Below, in pieces: positions 1-9,411 of a DNA stretch of 64,000 nucleotides. This stretch comes from an uncultured Bacteroidales bacterium (GTDB taxonomy: Bacteria > Bacteroidota > Bacteroidia > Bacteroidales > VadinHA17), in NCBI GenBank assembly GCA_963753495.1, contig CAVWCO010000022.1, positions 214,436-278,435 on the forward strand, in the 5' to 3' direction. Below the pieces are notes generated by a model that was given only the letters and a program-made list of their open reading frames with translations, did no database searches and was not told the origin of the DNA. Within the stretch, counting starts at the first letter, position 1; each line of letters begins with the position of its first letter. Made by a program: the position numbers and the translations under genes.

Positions 1-645
1 GGTATCAAATGCATATGAAAAATTACAGAATCCCAAGGCAAGCGGATTCTCCTGAATTCTTTTAATCATCTCATCATCTCCGTTAACCCCTATTCCCCTC
101 AGATCAGAGGATTTCCTGTAAATGAACTGAGCAAATATATCAGCGGCACCTGATTCATCAGTTCTTATATAGACTGTGATTTTATCTCTGGAGTCGCTTC
201 CCAGGACTTCCCCCCAGGTTAATTGCTTACCGGATGAAAAGATGGTCATCAACTCATCCGGACTAAGTCCCTGACTTAATATTTTATCTATATTCGGATT
301 CCTCTGGTTTACAATGGGAGCCACACCATCCTTTGCAACAGGAATTACCATTATCCCGGCATTGATCTCTTCATCATTAAGAGGTCGTGAGATCATTGCC
401 AGCTGGCATTGGCCTGTAAGCAGATCCGTAATCCCTTCACCGGTAGATGCTTTTTTCAGCTCGATCTTAACTCCGGGATGAATCAGCATGAATTCATCAG
501 CCATCCGCGATATCAGGGGATAAAGCGCATAAGCGCCACTGATCAGAAAACTGCCTTTAAGGTCGCTCTTAACCTCCGCAGGAGTTTGCGTCGGCCCTTT
601 TTCAGTTTTTGGAGAATTGCAGCTTAAAGCCAGAGCCAAAACCAT
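1..645 (-). CDS. PstS-family (phosphate-binding-protein-like) periplasmic substrate-binding lipoprotein; C-terminus lies beyond the window start
   Basis: Hand translation of the minus strand from ATG 645..643 gives MVLALALSCNSPKTEKG...ISGAYALYPLISRMADEFMLIHPGVKIELKKASTGEGITDLLTGQCQLAMISRPLNDEE... It has a lipobox (LALSC) and stays open to position 1. It is absent from the ORF track because there is no stop in the window. The true start is uncertain (see finding). Confidence 0.6.
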   Translation of the reverse strand, partial: MVLALALSCNSPKTEKGPTQTPAEVKSDLKGSFLISGAYALYPLISRMADEFMLIHPGVKIELKKASTGEGITDLLTGQCQLAMISRPLNDEEINAGIMVIPVAKDGVAPIVNQRNPNIDKILSQGLSPDELMTIFSSGKQLTWGEVLGSDSRDKITVYIRTDESGAADIFAQFIYRKSSDLRGIGVNGDDEMIKRIQENPLALGFCNFSYAFDT

Positions 646-854
646 AAATGGATATAATAGCCTTTGAGTATGCCATTTTTTCTTTAAAGTTATTAAATTT
701 CCATTTCCCCGACAATAGAATTTAAACAAATTGCCTTCAATTTAATTAACTGCACAATTATGCCTTTGTACAATTTTAGTAATTTAGAAACCTCATCTAA
801 CTTTTTAGAAATTGCATTGTTATATATGTACAATTCCTTCAAAATATTCTGTTA

Positions 855-1580
855 ATGACCCCCTCTGTGATTGAAGTAAAGAATGTCTGGAAATCATTTA
901 AAACCGTCCAGGCAGTAAAAGGGATAAATCTCAATATTCCAAGAGGCCAGTTCACCGCGCTTCTGGGTCCTAACGGAGCCGGTAAAACAACCCTTGTTGA
1001 AATGATTGAGGGAATCCAGAAACCCGACAGCGGGGATATTACCATAATGGGTAAGCACTGGAAAGGAAATGAAGATGAGCTTCACAGGATCATCGGACTT
1101 TCACTTCAGGAAACAAGGTTTATTGATAAACTAAGGGTAACAGAAACCTTACAGCTTTTTGCCAGTTTTTTTAATTTGGGGAGAGAGAGGGTCAGCGAGA
1201 TAATCAATATCGTTGGTCTCCAGGAAAAGAGAAAATCCTATGTAGTAAATCTGTCGGGAGGTCAGCGGCAGCGTCTGGCAATTGGTATCGCACTGATTAA
1301 CACCCCTGCAATACTTCTTTTAGATGAGCCTACCACAGGACTTGATCCGAATGCAAGGAGGGAAATATGGGATATCCTGCACAGGCTGAAAAATGAATCT
1401 GAAACATCGATGATCCTGACTACTCATTACATGGAGGAAGCTGAAAATCTCTGCGATTATATAGTGATTATGGATAATGGAATTATCCTCCGCGAAGGAA
1501 CCCGTGACCTGTTACTTAAGGAAGCCCGAACCCTCGATGATCTGTTTATTTCATTAACGGGGAGGAGAATCTATGAATAA
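855..1580 (+). CDS. ABC transporter ATP-binding protein
   Basis: 241 aa. Walker A GPNGAGKTT, signature LSGGQRQRL, Walker B LLLDEPTTGLD. Overlaps the downstream permease by 8 nt, which suggests an operon. Confidence 0.9.
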   Translation: MTPSVIEVKNVWKSFKTVQAVKGINLNIPRGQFTALLGPNGAGKTTLVEMIEGIQKPDSGDITIMGKHWKGNEDELHRIIGLSLQETRFIDKLRVTETLQLFASFFNLGRERVSEIINIVGLQEKRKSYVVNLSGGQRQRLAIGIALINTPAILLLDEPTTGLDPNARREIWDILHRLKNESETSMILTTHYMEEAENLCDYIVIMDNGIILREGTRDLLLKEARTLDDLFISLTGRRIYE

Positions 1581-2709
1581 ATTGTTCCGTATAAATCAGC
1601 TATGGAATCTTACACTGGCCCTCTTCCGTGAAATTACCAGAGAACCCGGAGTGCTTTTCTGGGGAATTTTATTCCCTATCCTGATGTCGCTGGGTCTTGG
1701 CCTTGCTTTTACCAGAAAGGCAGATGTCACCCGAAAAGTGGCTGTTATAAAATCATCTGAAACTTCAGGTAAAGAGAATTCGGAGATTTCCAGATTTCTT
1801 GAATTGAACTGCATCCAACAGGAGCCTGACGAAAAAGATTCCTTCAGGTGGAAGTATGAACTGAAAGACGATAAGCTTGGCAATACCATCTTCCTTTTTT
1901 ATGAACTGGAATGGGACGAGGCTATGGTGATGCTTAAGAGAGGTACTGTGAATCTTATCCTGGGAAACAACAGCGGGAAAGCGGAATATCATTTTGATCC
2001 TGTAAATGCTGATGCTGAGCTGACATACCTGAAGCTCCGGGGCCTGATGGGAAAAGGTGAAGCTCCTCACAATGAGAGCAATACTGAAATTAAACCTTTG
2101 ACTGTGATCGGGACACGGTACATCGATTTTCTGGTTCCAGGACTGATCACGCTGGGAGTGATGATGTCGTCGATGTGGGGAATAAGTTACGGGATAATTG
2201 AAAAACGTTCAAAAAAACTGCTTCGCCGGCTTGTTGCAACACCAATGAAGAAATCCCATTTTCTGATTGCACTTATTACTGTAAGGGTGACAATGAACTT
2301 CATTGAAGCTCTTGCTTTGATATTTTTTGCATTGCTGGCTTTCAATCTGACAATCCAGGGAAGCATTTCTGCACTTATACTTTTATTCATTGCCGGGAAC
2401 ATAGCATTTGCCGGAATTGCAGTCTTCGTTTCATCTCATACATCAAATACGGAAGTCGGCAACGGTCTCATAAATGCAGTTGTGATGCCAATGATGGTAT
2501 TATCGGGAATATTCTTCAGCTATCAGAATTTCCCTGACTGGAGCATAAACGTGATCAAAATGCTTCCTCTTACAATGCTGACTGACGGGATCAGAAGCAT
2601 TTTTAACGAAGGAGCAGGCTATAATGAGATTGCTGTACCTTTTCTTGTACTTTCAGCCACCGGAATACTATTTTTTGGTGCTGGTCTGAAGATTTTCAAA
2701 TGGCACTGA
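1573..2709 (+). CDS. ABC-2 type transporter permease
   Basis: 378 aa. One N-terminal TM segment, a large loop, then a C-terminal cluster of 5-6 hydrophobic segments. Translationally coupled to the ATPase. Confidence 0.8.
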   Translation: MNKLFRINQLWNLTLALFREITREPGVLFWGILFPILMSLGLGLAFTRKADVTRKVAVIKSSETSGKENSEISRFLELNCIQQEPDEKDSFRWKYELKDDKLGNTIFLFYELEWDEAMVMLKRGTVNLILGNNSGKAEYHFDPVNADAELTYLKLRGLMGKGEAPHNESNTEIKPLTVIGTRYIDFLVPGLITLGVMMSSMWGISYGIIEKRSKKLLRRLVATPMKKSHFLIALITVRVTMNFIEALALIFFALLAFNLTIQGSISALILLFIAGNIAFAGIAVFVSSHTSNTEVGNGLINAVVMPMMVLSGIFFSYQNFPDWSINVIKMLPLTMLTDGIRSIFNEGAGYNEIAVPFLVLSATGILFFGAGLKIFKWH

Positions 2710-5032
2710 TTCTCCTTAGATTATTATCAAATTTAATAACTTCTCCTTTACTGGTTGGGGAAGTATATGACTTGTCCTTGTATTTTATTAAAAGAGGCTG
2801 ACCTGCATTTGAAGTTACTTTAAGCGACTGAAGCACTCCTCCGCTCCAGGAATAATCGAGTTCAAATCCTCCCCTGGCCCTGATCCCTTTAATATGGCCC
2901 GTTGGTATGCTGTCAGGGAGGGCCGGTAAAATATCAATCCGGCCGAGATGACTTTGAATCAGCATCTCAACTATACCTGCAGCTCCGCCAAAGTTTCCGT
3001 CAATCTGGAACGGCGGATGCGCATCAAAAAGGTTCGGATAGGATCCTCCCCCTGATGATCCTCCTCCATTTGCTTTTACCGAAGGTTTGCCTTCGGGCCG
3101 TAAAAGCATCTGAACCATCCTCCAGGCATGATTTCCATCTCTGAATCTTGCCCAAAAATTTATTTTCCAGGCCAGACTCCATCCTGTTCCTTCATCGCCG
3201 CGTGCAACAAGGGATGTTTTAGCGGCTTCCATAAGATCCGGTGTCTCTTCCTGGTTAATCTCCCGTCCGGGATAAACGCCCCAGAGATGGGATACATGCC
3301 TGTGCTTATTTTCAGGATCATCAATATCCTCCATCCATTCCTGAAGCTGGCCGAATCTGCCGATCTTATAGGGAGCGATCATTGGAAGCATCCGCTTAAG
3401 CGTGTCAGCAAATGATCTGTCGGTATTCAGGATTTCTGAAACCTCAATGCATGCTTTGAACAGACTCTTTATTATCTGATGATCCATTGTCGGTCCGGCC
3501 ACAAGTCCTCCGTTTTCAGGTGAATTAGACGGAGAGGATACTAACCATCCTGTTTTCGGGTCATTAGCAAGAAAATCAACGTAAAATCTGGCAGCACCCT
3601 TCATAGCTGGCCATGCAGTGTCGTGAAGAAATATTTCATCCATGCCGTAAAGATAATGTTCCCAGTAGTGGTGAGCCATCCAACCGCTTCCGGAAACCCA
3701 TATCCCATGGTTGGAAGCATTTACTGGTGCGGCTCCCCGCCATAAATCGGTGTTATGATGTAAAACCCATCCTCTTGCATTATAATGATTCCGTGCCACC
3801 TGCCCGCCCGAAATGGCAACTTCACCGAGCATCCTGAAAAGAGCTTCATGACACTCGGCGATATTTAATATTTCTACCGGCCAGTAGTTCATCTCGATAT
3901 TTATATTAACAGTGTATTTGCTGTCCCACGGCGGACTGAGCTTATCGTTCCAGATTCCCTGCAGGTTTGCAGGATAGGTGCCTGGCCGGCTTGCCGATAA
4001 CAAAAGATATCTTCCATACTGAACATACAAGGCTGCAAGCGAATTATCCATTTTTTCAGGAACCTTTTCAATCCTCAGATTGGTTGGCAGAAGTTCATTC
4101 CCTGAAGAGCCGAGATCAATGGAAAACCTGTTAAAGTATCTTTGATAATCAATTATATGATTTTGTTTTAGCTGGTCAAAATCCTTATCAGCTGCCTCAT
4201 CAAGATATTTCCTGCAGAGTGATTCAGGATCTCCTGAAACATCGACAGGACTTACAAAATTTGTTGCGGCAGTAAGCAGGATTGTTACCTCATCTGCTTT
4301 TTCAATATGTATTTTACTTCCTGAAAAAGAGATCTCCCCTCCCTTAGCAGTTGCTTTTGCTACAGCAGTCCCAAAGAGGACACCATCCTTTACCTTGACA
4401 TTAAGGATTATGGTGCCTTCATTTGAGGGTGTGACAGAAAATCCTTCGTGCAGGGCGGTCAGTGAAATATCAAAAGTCAGAGTTGCTTTTTTACTGGCGT
4501 ACAGATTTATTACAATTACATTGCCGGGATAGCTTGCAATATATTCCCTGGTATATTTAATGCCATCAGCCTCATAGGTGGTCGTACAAACTGCGTCCGA
4601 TAAATCCAGCTCGCGCCTGTAACCTGAAATGGTTGAATTTTCAGGAAATGAAAGCCACAGATCACCGAAAGGCTGGTATTTCCGCTGATTTAGTGGCACA
4701 CTCATGAACGTTTCTGCAGCAAGCTTCTCAGCCTCTTTTTGTTTACCCTGCCATAGAAGCTCCCTTATCTTTCCCAGGTATTGTGAAGCGCCTGCATTTG
4801 AATAATCGTGAGGTCCTCCTGACCAGAGTGTTTCTTCATTAAACTGGATGTGGTCTTCATCCACACCGCCATATATCATTGCACCCAGACGACCATTACC
4901 GACCGGCAATGCCTCTTCCCATTTTTCCGCAGGTTCCCCGTACCATAGTTTTAGGTCTTCTTTTTCCTGACTACCGCAGCTGACAGACATGGAAATTACC
5001 AGTGCAGATATCGGAATCGTTACTCTCTTCAT
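2696..5032 (-). CDS. Glycoside hydrolase family 95 (alpha-L-fucosidase-like) lipoprotein
   Basis: 778 aa. Signal peptide with lipobox (SMSVSCGS). GH95-type motifs EETLWSGGP and NINIEMNYWP. Length is typical of GH95. Confidence 0.8.
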   Translation of the reverse strand: MKRVTIPISALVISMSVSCGSQEKEDLKLWYGEPAEKWEEALPVGNGRLGAMIYGGVDEDHIQFNEETLWSGGPHDYSNAGASQYLGKIRELLWQGKQKEAEKLAAETFMSVPLNQRKYQPFGDLWLSFPENSTISGYRRELDLSDAVCTTTYEADGIKYTREYIASYPGNVIVINLYASKKATLTFDISLTALHEGFSVTPSNEGTIILNVKVKDGVLFGTAVAKATAKGGEISFSGSKIHIEKADEVTILLTAATNFVSPVDVSGDPESLCRKYLDEAADKDFDQLKQNHIIDYQRYFNRFSIDLGSSGNELLPTNLRIEKVPEKMDNSLAALYVQYGRYLLLSASRPGTYPANLQGIWNDKLSPPWDSKYTVNINIEMNYWPVEILNIAECHEALFRMLGEVAISGGQVARNHYNARGWVLHHNTDLWRGAAPVNASNHGIWVSGSGWMAHHYWEHYLYGMDEIFLHDTAWPAMKGAARFYVDFLANDPKTGWLVSSPSNSPENGGLVAGPTMDHQIIKSLFKACIEVSEILNTDRSFADTLKRMLPMIAPYKIGRFGQLQEWMEDIDDPENKHRHVSHLWGVYPGREINQEETPDLMEAAKTSLVARGDEGTGWSLAWKINFWARFRDGNHAWRMVQMLLRPEGKPSVKANGGGSSGGGSYPNLFDAHPPFQIDGNFGGAAGIVEMLIQSHLGRIDILPALPDSIPTGHIKGIRARGGFELDYSWSGGVLQSLKVTSNAGQPLLIKYKDKSYTSPTSKGEVIKFDNNLRRISAI

Positions 5033-5182
5033 TTCTGATTATTTTGACTGTTATAGCACTAAGATACTAACTTATTATTTCACAGTACTGCCGGTAAAAT
5101 ATTTTATCCCCTGTGCAACATTCTATTTTTCAGTCGGTCTTTATTCAGGAAGACGATAAAGAAACCAAAGGGAAAAAAGAAT

Positions 5183-5902
5183 ATGAAAAATCTAAAGTAT
5201 TTTATGGTCACCATTCTCTGTCTGATTATTACGACCAGCATGAATGGGCAGATCCGCAGAACGGTCTACGGGAACAATCATGTGATAAAAAAGGAACGTG
5301 AAGCTGGCAAATTTACGGGACTGAAAGTCAGCAGCGGGATAGACGTATACTTAAGACAGACTGATAATGAATCGATTGTTGTTGAAGCGGATGAGAATCT
5401 GCATGAATACATACTGACAGAGATCAGAAATGGAATACTGAATATTTACACTGAGGCTAATATCAGGGAAGCTGAAAAAAAAGTAGTTTATATCACTATG
5501 AAAGATATAAATTCACTCAGTACCACAAGTGCAGGAGATATTATTGGGGAAACACCAGTCAGGACTCAAAACCTCGAAATATCAGCCAGCAGCGCCGGGG
5601 ATGTTAAGATTGAAGTATATGCCGGGGAGATTGAGGCAAGAATCAGCAGTTCGGGTGATGTTACCCTGACAGGGGAGTCAGATATCCTGAATGTAGATTT
5701 AAGCAGTGCAGGCGATCTTAATGCCTTTGGACTTGAAGTCAGGGAGGCTGATGTTTCTGCTTCAAGTGCGGGCGATGCCGATATCAGTGTTTCTGAAAGG
5801 CTAAGGGCAAGAGCTTCAAGTGCAGGGGATATAAATTATCGAGGCAATCCTAAATACATTGATGCCAATTCATCAAGTGCAGGCGGAATACACAGGAAAT
5901 AG
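5183..5902 (+). CDS. DUF2807 / GIN-domain (putative auto-transporter adhesin head) protein
   Basis: 239 aa. Signal peptide followed by seven SS(A)GD repeats at about 20-aa spacing, typical of the DUF2807 beta-helix family. Confidence 0.7.
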   Translation: MKNLKYFMVTILCLIITTSMNGQIRRTVYGNNHVIKKEREAGKFTGLKVSSGIDVYLRQTDNESIVVEADENLHEYILTEIRNGILNIYTEANIREAEKKVVYITMKDINSLSTTSAGDIIGETPVRTQNLEISASSAGDVKIEVYAGEIEARISSSGDVTLTGESDILNVDLSSAGDLNAFGLEVREADVSASSAGDADISVSERLRARASSAGDINYRGNPKYIDANSSSAGGIHRK

Positions 5903-5937
5903 TCCTTTTTCATCATATATATTACTTTTATAATCAG

Positions 5938-5969
5938 AGCCGGAAGGATAAACCTTCCGGCTTTTTTTT
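5938..5969 (+). terminator. Rho-independent terminator downstream of the DUF2807 gene
   Basis: Perfect 10-bp stem agccggaagg / ccttccggct, 5-nt loop ataaa, followed by T8. Confidence 0.8.
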
Positions 5970-5976
5970 AACTTTG
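5969..5976 (+). promoter_or_regulatory. Candidate Bacteroidota -7 box (TAnnTTTG) for the PfkB kinase gene
   Basis: taactttg lies 49 nt upstream of ATG 6025. There is no clear -33 TTTG. Confidence 0.3.
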
Positions 5977-6024
5977 TAATAATGCTTTGGAGCGATCAAA
6001 CTTAAATCCTTAAAACAATATATT

Positions 6025-7104
6025 ATGCAAATTGAACTTAAAAAAGATTTTAGATGGTCATTAGTTGTTCCTACAAGCATGGGCGTGCGAATTACCCCTG
6101 TCAACGGCCAGCCTGTACATTGCAGCGATATATTCCACATGCAGGTTACAAGCGCTGAAACAAATGTGGCAAGTATTCCTTCTTTCCTTGGACTTCCGGT
6201 CAAGGTGCTTACGACTTTTGTAAAGGAGAGTCCTATAGCCAGGATGATCAAGGATAATCTTTCAGCAAGACATATGGAGTATGAAGGAGTTGATGTGGAA
6301 CAGGGAGGACCATGGGGTTACCGTCACCAGTTCAACATTGCTGACAGCGGCTACGGTTCCCGAGGACCAAGAGTTCAGAATGACCGTGCCGGAGAAGTAG
6401 GAAGAACACTTAATGCAAAGGACTTTGACCTTGCCAGGATTTTTGGTAAAGAAGGAGTCCAGATCCTTCATCTTTCGGGACTTATAGCTGCCTTATCTCC
6501 GGAAACAAGCAATTTCTGCCTTGAACTGGCAAGAGCAGCCAGAAAAAACGGGACACGGATATCATTCGATCTCAATTTCAGGGCAACTTTCTGGAAGAAC
6601 AGGGAAAAAGAACTTTCTGCTGTTTTCAGGGAAATAGCCGGAATCTCTGATATTCTTGTCGGTAACGAAGAGGATTTCCAGCTTTGCCTTGGAATTCAGG
6701 GCCCTGACGAAGGAGGGAAAGACCTGGCGGCAAAAATTGAAAGCTTCAAGGAAATGATCAAAAGGGTAAAGAAAGAGTTTCCGGGGACTTCTGTATTTGC
6801 AACCACCCTTCGGCAGGTTATCAACACTAACGAACATCTTTGGGGAGCTATTCTCCTTGAAGGCGACAAATGGCATGTTGTTGAGCCGCGCGAAATTCAT
6901 GTCCTCGACAGGATCGGAGGAGGTGACGGCTTTGTAGGAGGCATGCTTTATGCAATACTGAAGGGCTGGGAACCTGAAAAATGGATAGAGTTCGGATGGG
7001 CTGCCGGAGCCCTCGCCACCACTGTTATTACTGATTACGGACAGCCTGCCGATGAGGAGCAGGTCTGGAGTATCTGGAAAGGAAATGCAAGGGTCCGCAG
7101 GTAA
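6025..7104 (+). CDS. PfkB-family sugar kinase (2-dehydro-3-deoxygluconokinase-like)
   Basis: 359 aa. C-terminal PfkB signature DRIGGGDGFVGG. Overall ribokinase-like layout. Confidence 0.75.
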   Translation: MQIELKKDFRWSLVVPTSMGVRITPVNGQPVHCSDIFHMQVTSAETNVASIPSFLGLPVKVLTTFVKESPIARMIKDNLSARHMEYEGVDVEQGGPWGYRHQFNIADSGYGSRGPRVQNDRAGEVGRTLNAKDFDLARIFGKEGVQILHLSGLIAALSPETSNFCLELARAARKNGTRISFDLNFRATFWKNREKELSAVFREIAGISDILVGNEEDFQLCLGIQGPDEGGKDLAAKIESFKEMIKRVKKEFPGTSVFATTLRQVINTNEHLWGAILLEGDKWHVVEPREIHVLDRIGGGDGFVGGMLYAILKGWEPEKWIEFGWAAGALATTVITDYGQPADEEQVWSIWKGNARVRR

Positions 7105-7117
7105 AAGCCAAAACTTA

Positions 7118-7164
7118 CACAGAGGGGCACAGAGTTGCAATAATTAAACCTCTGTGCCCCTGTG
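7118..7164. terminator. Hairpin between convergent genes (probable bidirectional terminator); member of the CACRRAG repeat family
   Basis: cacagaggggcacagag ...loop... ctctgtgcccctgtg. The core ggggcacagag / ctctgtgcccc is an 11-bp perfect stem. It sits between the stops at 7104 (+) and 7196 (-). Confidence 0.6.
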
Positions 7165-7195
7165 GTTCTCCGGATTTCCTCTGTATAACTAAAAG

Positions 7196-8542
7196 TTATT
7201 TACTTTTCAGTTTATGTTTCTTTACAAACTCATCAATAACCTGTGAGAGGTTCGGGTCGCCTATTTCCTGCAGATCATAATAAACCCTGGTATTTGGTTT
7301 TTTGATCTTTATTATTCTGTTGAGATCGATCGGAGTGGCTATGATGACGCTGTCACAATCAGTCCCGTTTATTGTTTTTTCAAGATCCTTCAACTGCTGC
7401 TCTCCATACCCCATTGCAGGAAGAAGTGTTCCGATTCCCGGATAAAGCCTGAAGGTATCGCTAAGCCTGCCCACTGTATAGGGCCGTGGATCAACCAGCT
7501 CAGATGCTCCGAATTTCCTGGCGGCAACAACACCCGCTCCAATCTTCATTTCACCATGAGTGAGTGTAGGCCCGTCTTCAACAACAAGCACCCTTTTGCC
7601 TTTGATGATTGAAGTATCATCAACCCTGATCGGAGAAGCTCCGTCAACAACAATTGCCTTTGGATTAACTTTATCAATGCTTTCCCTTACTATCTGGATT
7701 GCTTCCGGAGCAGCGCTGTCCATTTTGTTTATTACAACAACATCAGCAAGACGAAGAGTTACTTCACCCGGATAATATTTAAGCTCATGACCTGCCCTGT
7801 GAGGATCTGTAACAGTAATCATAAGATCAGGTTTATAAAAAGGAAAATCATTATTTCCTCCATCCCAGACTACAACGTCGCATCCTTTTGGATCCTTCTC
7901 AGCATTGCGAAGAATTGCCTCATAATCAACACCGGCATAAATAACATTCCCCCTTACAACATGAGGTTCATACTCCTCCATCTCCTCAACCGTGCATTTA
8001 TGCTTTTCAAGATCTTTAACCGTAGCAAACCGCTGTACTTTCTGTTCCACAAGATTCCCATAAGGCATTGGATGACGAACAGCCACAACCTTCAGCCCTT
8101 TGTTCATAAGAAGTTCTATTATCCTTCTTGATGTCTGGCTTTTTCCGCACCCGGTTCTTATTGCACCGACTGCAATAACAGGTTTTGTGCTTTTGATCAT
8201 TGTGTCGGCCGGGCCGAGAAGAACAAAATTTGCCCCGGAGGCATTTACTATTGCACTTACCGACATTACTTTCTGATATGTAACATCACTATAAGAGAAT
8301 ACACAATCATTAACATTGTACTTTTTAATTAACTCCGGAAGCTCCTTTTCCGGGAAAATGGGAATACCTTTAGGGTATAATTTGCCTGCCAGTTCTTTAG
8401 GGTATTTTCTGCCGTCGATATCAGGAATCTGAGCAGCTGTAAATGCAACAACATTGTAGCTTTCATTATCCCTGTAATAAGTATTGAAGTTGTGAAAATC
8501 CCTTCCGGCTGCGCCGATAATAATGACATTCTTCTTCAGCAT
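7196..8542 (-). CDS. P-loop NTPase of the family usually annotated as cyclic 2,3-diphosphoglycerate synthetase-like / GTPase
   Basis: 448 aa. N-terminus VIIIGAAGRDFHNFN and P-loop GCGKSQTS. The family name is recalled from annotations of similar Bacteroidota proteins and was not verified. Confidence 0.5.
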   Translation of the reverse strand: MLKKNVIIIGAAGRDFHNFNTYYRDNESYNVVAFTAAQIPDIDGRKYPKELAGKLYPKGIPIFPEKELPELIKKYNVNDCVFSYSDVTYQKVMSVSAIVNASGANFVLLGPADTMIKSTKPVIAVGAIRTGCGKSQTSRRIIELLMNKGLKVVAVRHPMPYGNLVEQKVQRFATVKDLEKHKCTVEEMEEYEPHVVRGNVIYAGVDYEAILRNAEKDPKGCDVVVWDGGNNDFPFYKPDLMITVTDPHRAGHELKYYPGEVTLRLADVVVINKMDSAAPEAIQIVRESIDKVNPKAIVVDGASPIRVDDTSIIKGKRVLVVEDGPTLTHGEMKIGAGVVAARKFGASELVDPRPYTVGRLSDTFRLYPGIGTLLPAMGYGEQQLKDLEKTINGTDCDSVIIATPIDLNRIIKIKKPNTRVYYDLQEIGDPNLSQVIDEFVKKHKLKSK

Positions 8543-8610
8543 AATTCCTCCTTATCCTGTTTATAATTTATTTCCTGTAAAAGTCGTTTTATATATGTAC
8601 ACTGAAGTGA

Positions 8611-8618
8611 CAAATTTA
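8611..8618 (-). promoter_or_regulatory. Candidate -7 box (TAnnTTTG on the minus strand) for the 7196..8542 gene
   Basis: Plus-strand caaattta equals minus-strand taaatttg, 69 nt upstream of the ATG at 8542. Confidence 0.25.
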
Positions 8619-8799
8619 TAATTTGCAGACTGAAAATCCGAACAATTCGGTCTGTTTTTTAATAAGTCATTTTTTGAACATATTATATTGTTTTTCAATA
8701 TATTACTATAGATACTTAGCGAATCTAAAAACATGTTAAAGAAAATGTTTATAACATAATCAGACAAATCTAAATTTCTTTGTACTATTATGTTTTCAA

Positions 8800-9411
8800 A
8801 TGAATGTTTTAGCCCATATATATCTGTCCGGTGACTCCGACAAAATAATCATCGGAAACTACATAGGCGATTATGTAAAAGGGCGCGATTATCTCAAATA
8901 CCCCGATCCGATAAGAAAAGGGATCATCCTGCACCGGCATATTGATGGTTTCACCGACCGACATCCTGTTGTTCACCGCAGCAAGATATTCTTTACAAGG
9001 AAATACCACAAGTACTCAGGAGTAATAACCGATATCATTTATGATCATTTCCTGACAAAGGAATGGAACTTTTTTTCAAGGAGGCCGCTTGAAAGCGTAA
9101 CGTACAATTTCTACAGAGCAATGGTTAATAATTATGAGATACTACCGGATGATGTCAGAAAGATGATGCCCTTCTTTATTATTAATAACTGGATTGAATC
9201 GTACCAGACGTTAAATGGGATACGCCATGTTCTGAATACCTTAAGCAAACGTTCCACACTGCCCAATGAAACCAGATTTGCAATGAAGGCATTGAAAAAA
9301 AATTACTATTCAATTCAGGACGATTTCATGGAATTTTTTCCTGAGCTGATAGATTACGTTGAAAAAGATTTCGGGATTGAGATCTCTCACAGGATAACGA
9401 TTCCTTTCTGA
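8800..9411 (+). CDS. acpH: Acyl carrier protein phosphodiesterase
   Basis: 203 aa. N-terminus MNVLAHIYLSG...GNYIGDYVKG...HRHIDGFTD matches the AcpH pattern (MNFLAHLHL...HRRID). Confidence 0.75.
   Translation: MNVLAHIYLSGDSDKIIIGNYIGDYVKGRDYLKYPDPIRKGIILHRHIDGFTDRHPVVHRSKIFFTRKYHKYSGVITDIIYDHFLTKEWNFFSRRPLESVTYNFYRAMVNNYEILPDDVRKMMPFFIINNWIESYQTLNGIRHVLNTLSKRSTLPNETRFAMKALKKNYYSIQDDFMEFFPELIDYVEKDFGIEISHRITIPF

Noticed and set aside
6562-7140. 192-aa minus-strand ORF.
   Set aside because: It is entirely antisense to the well-supported PfkB kinase gene and has no recognisable motif.
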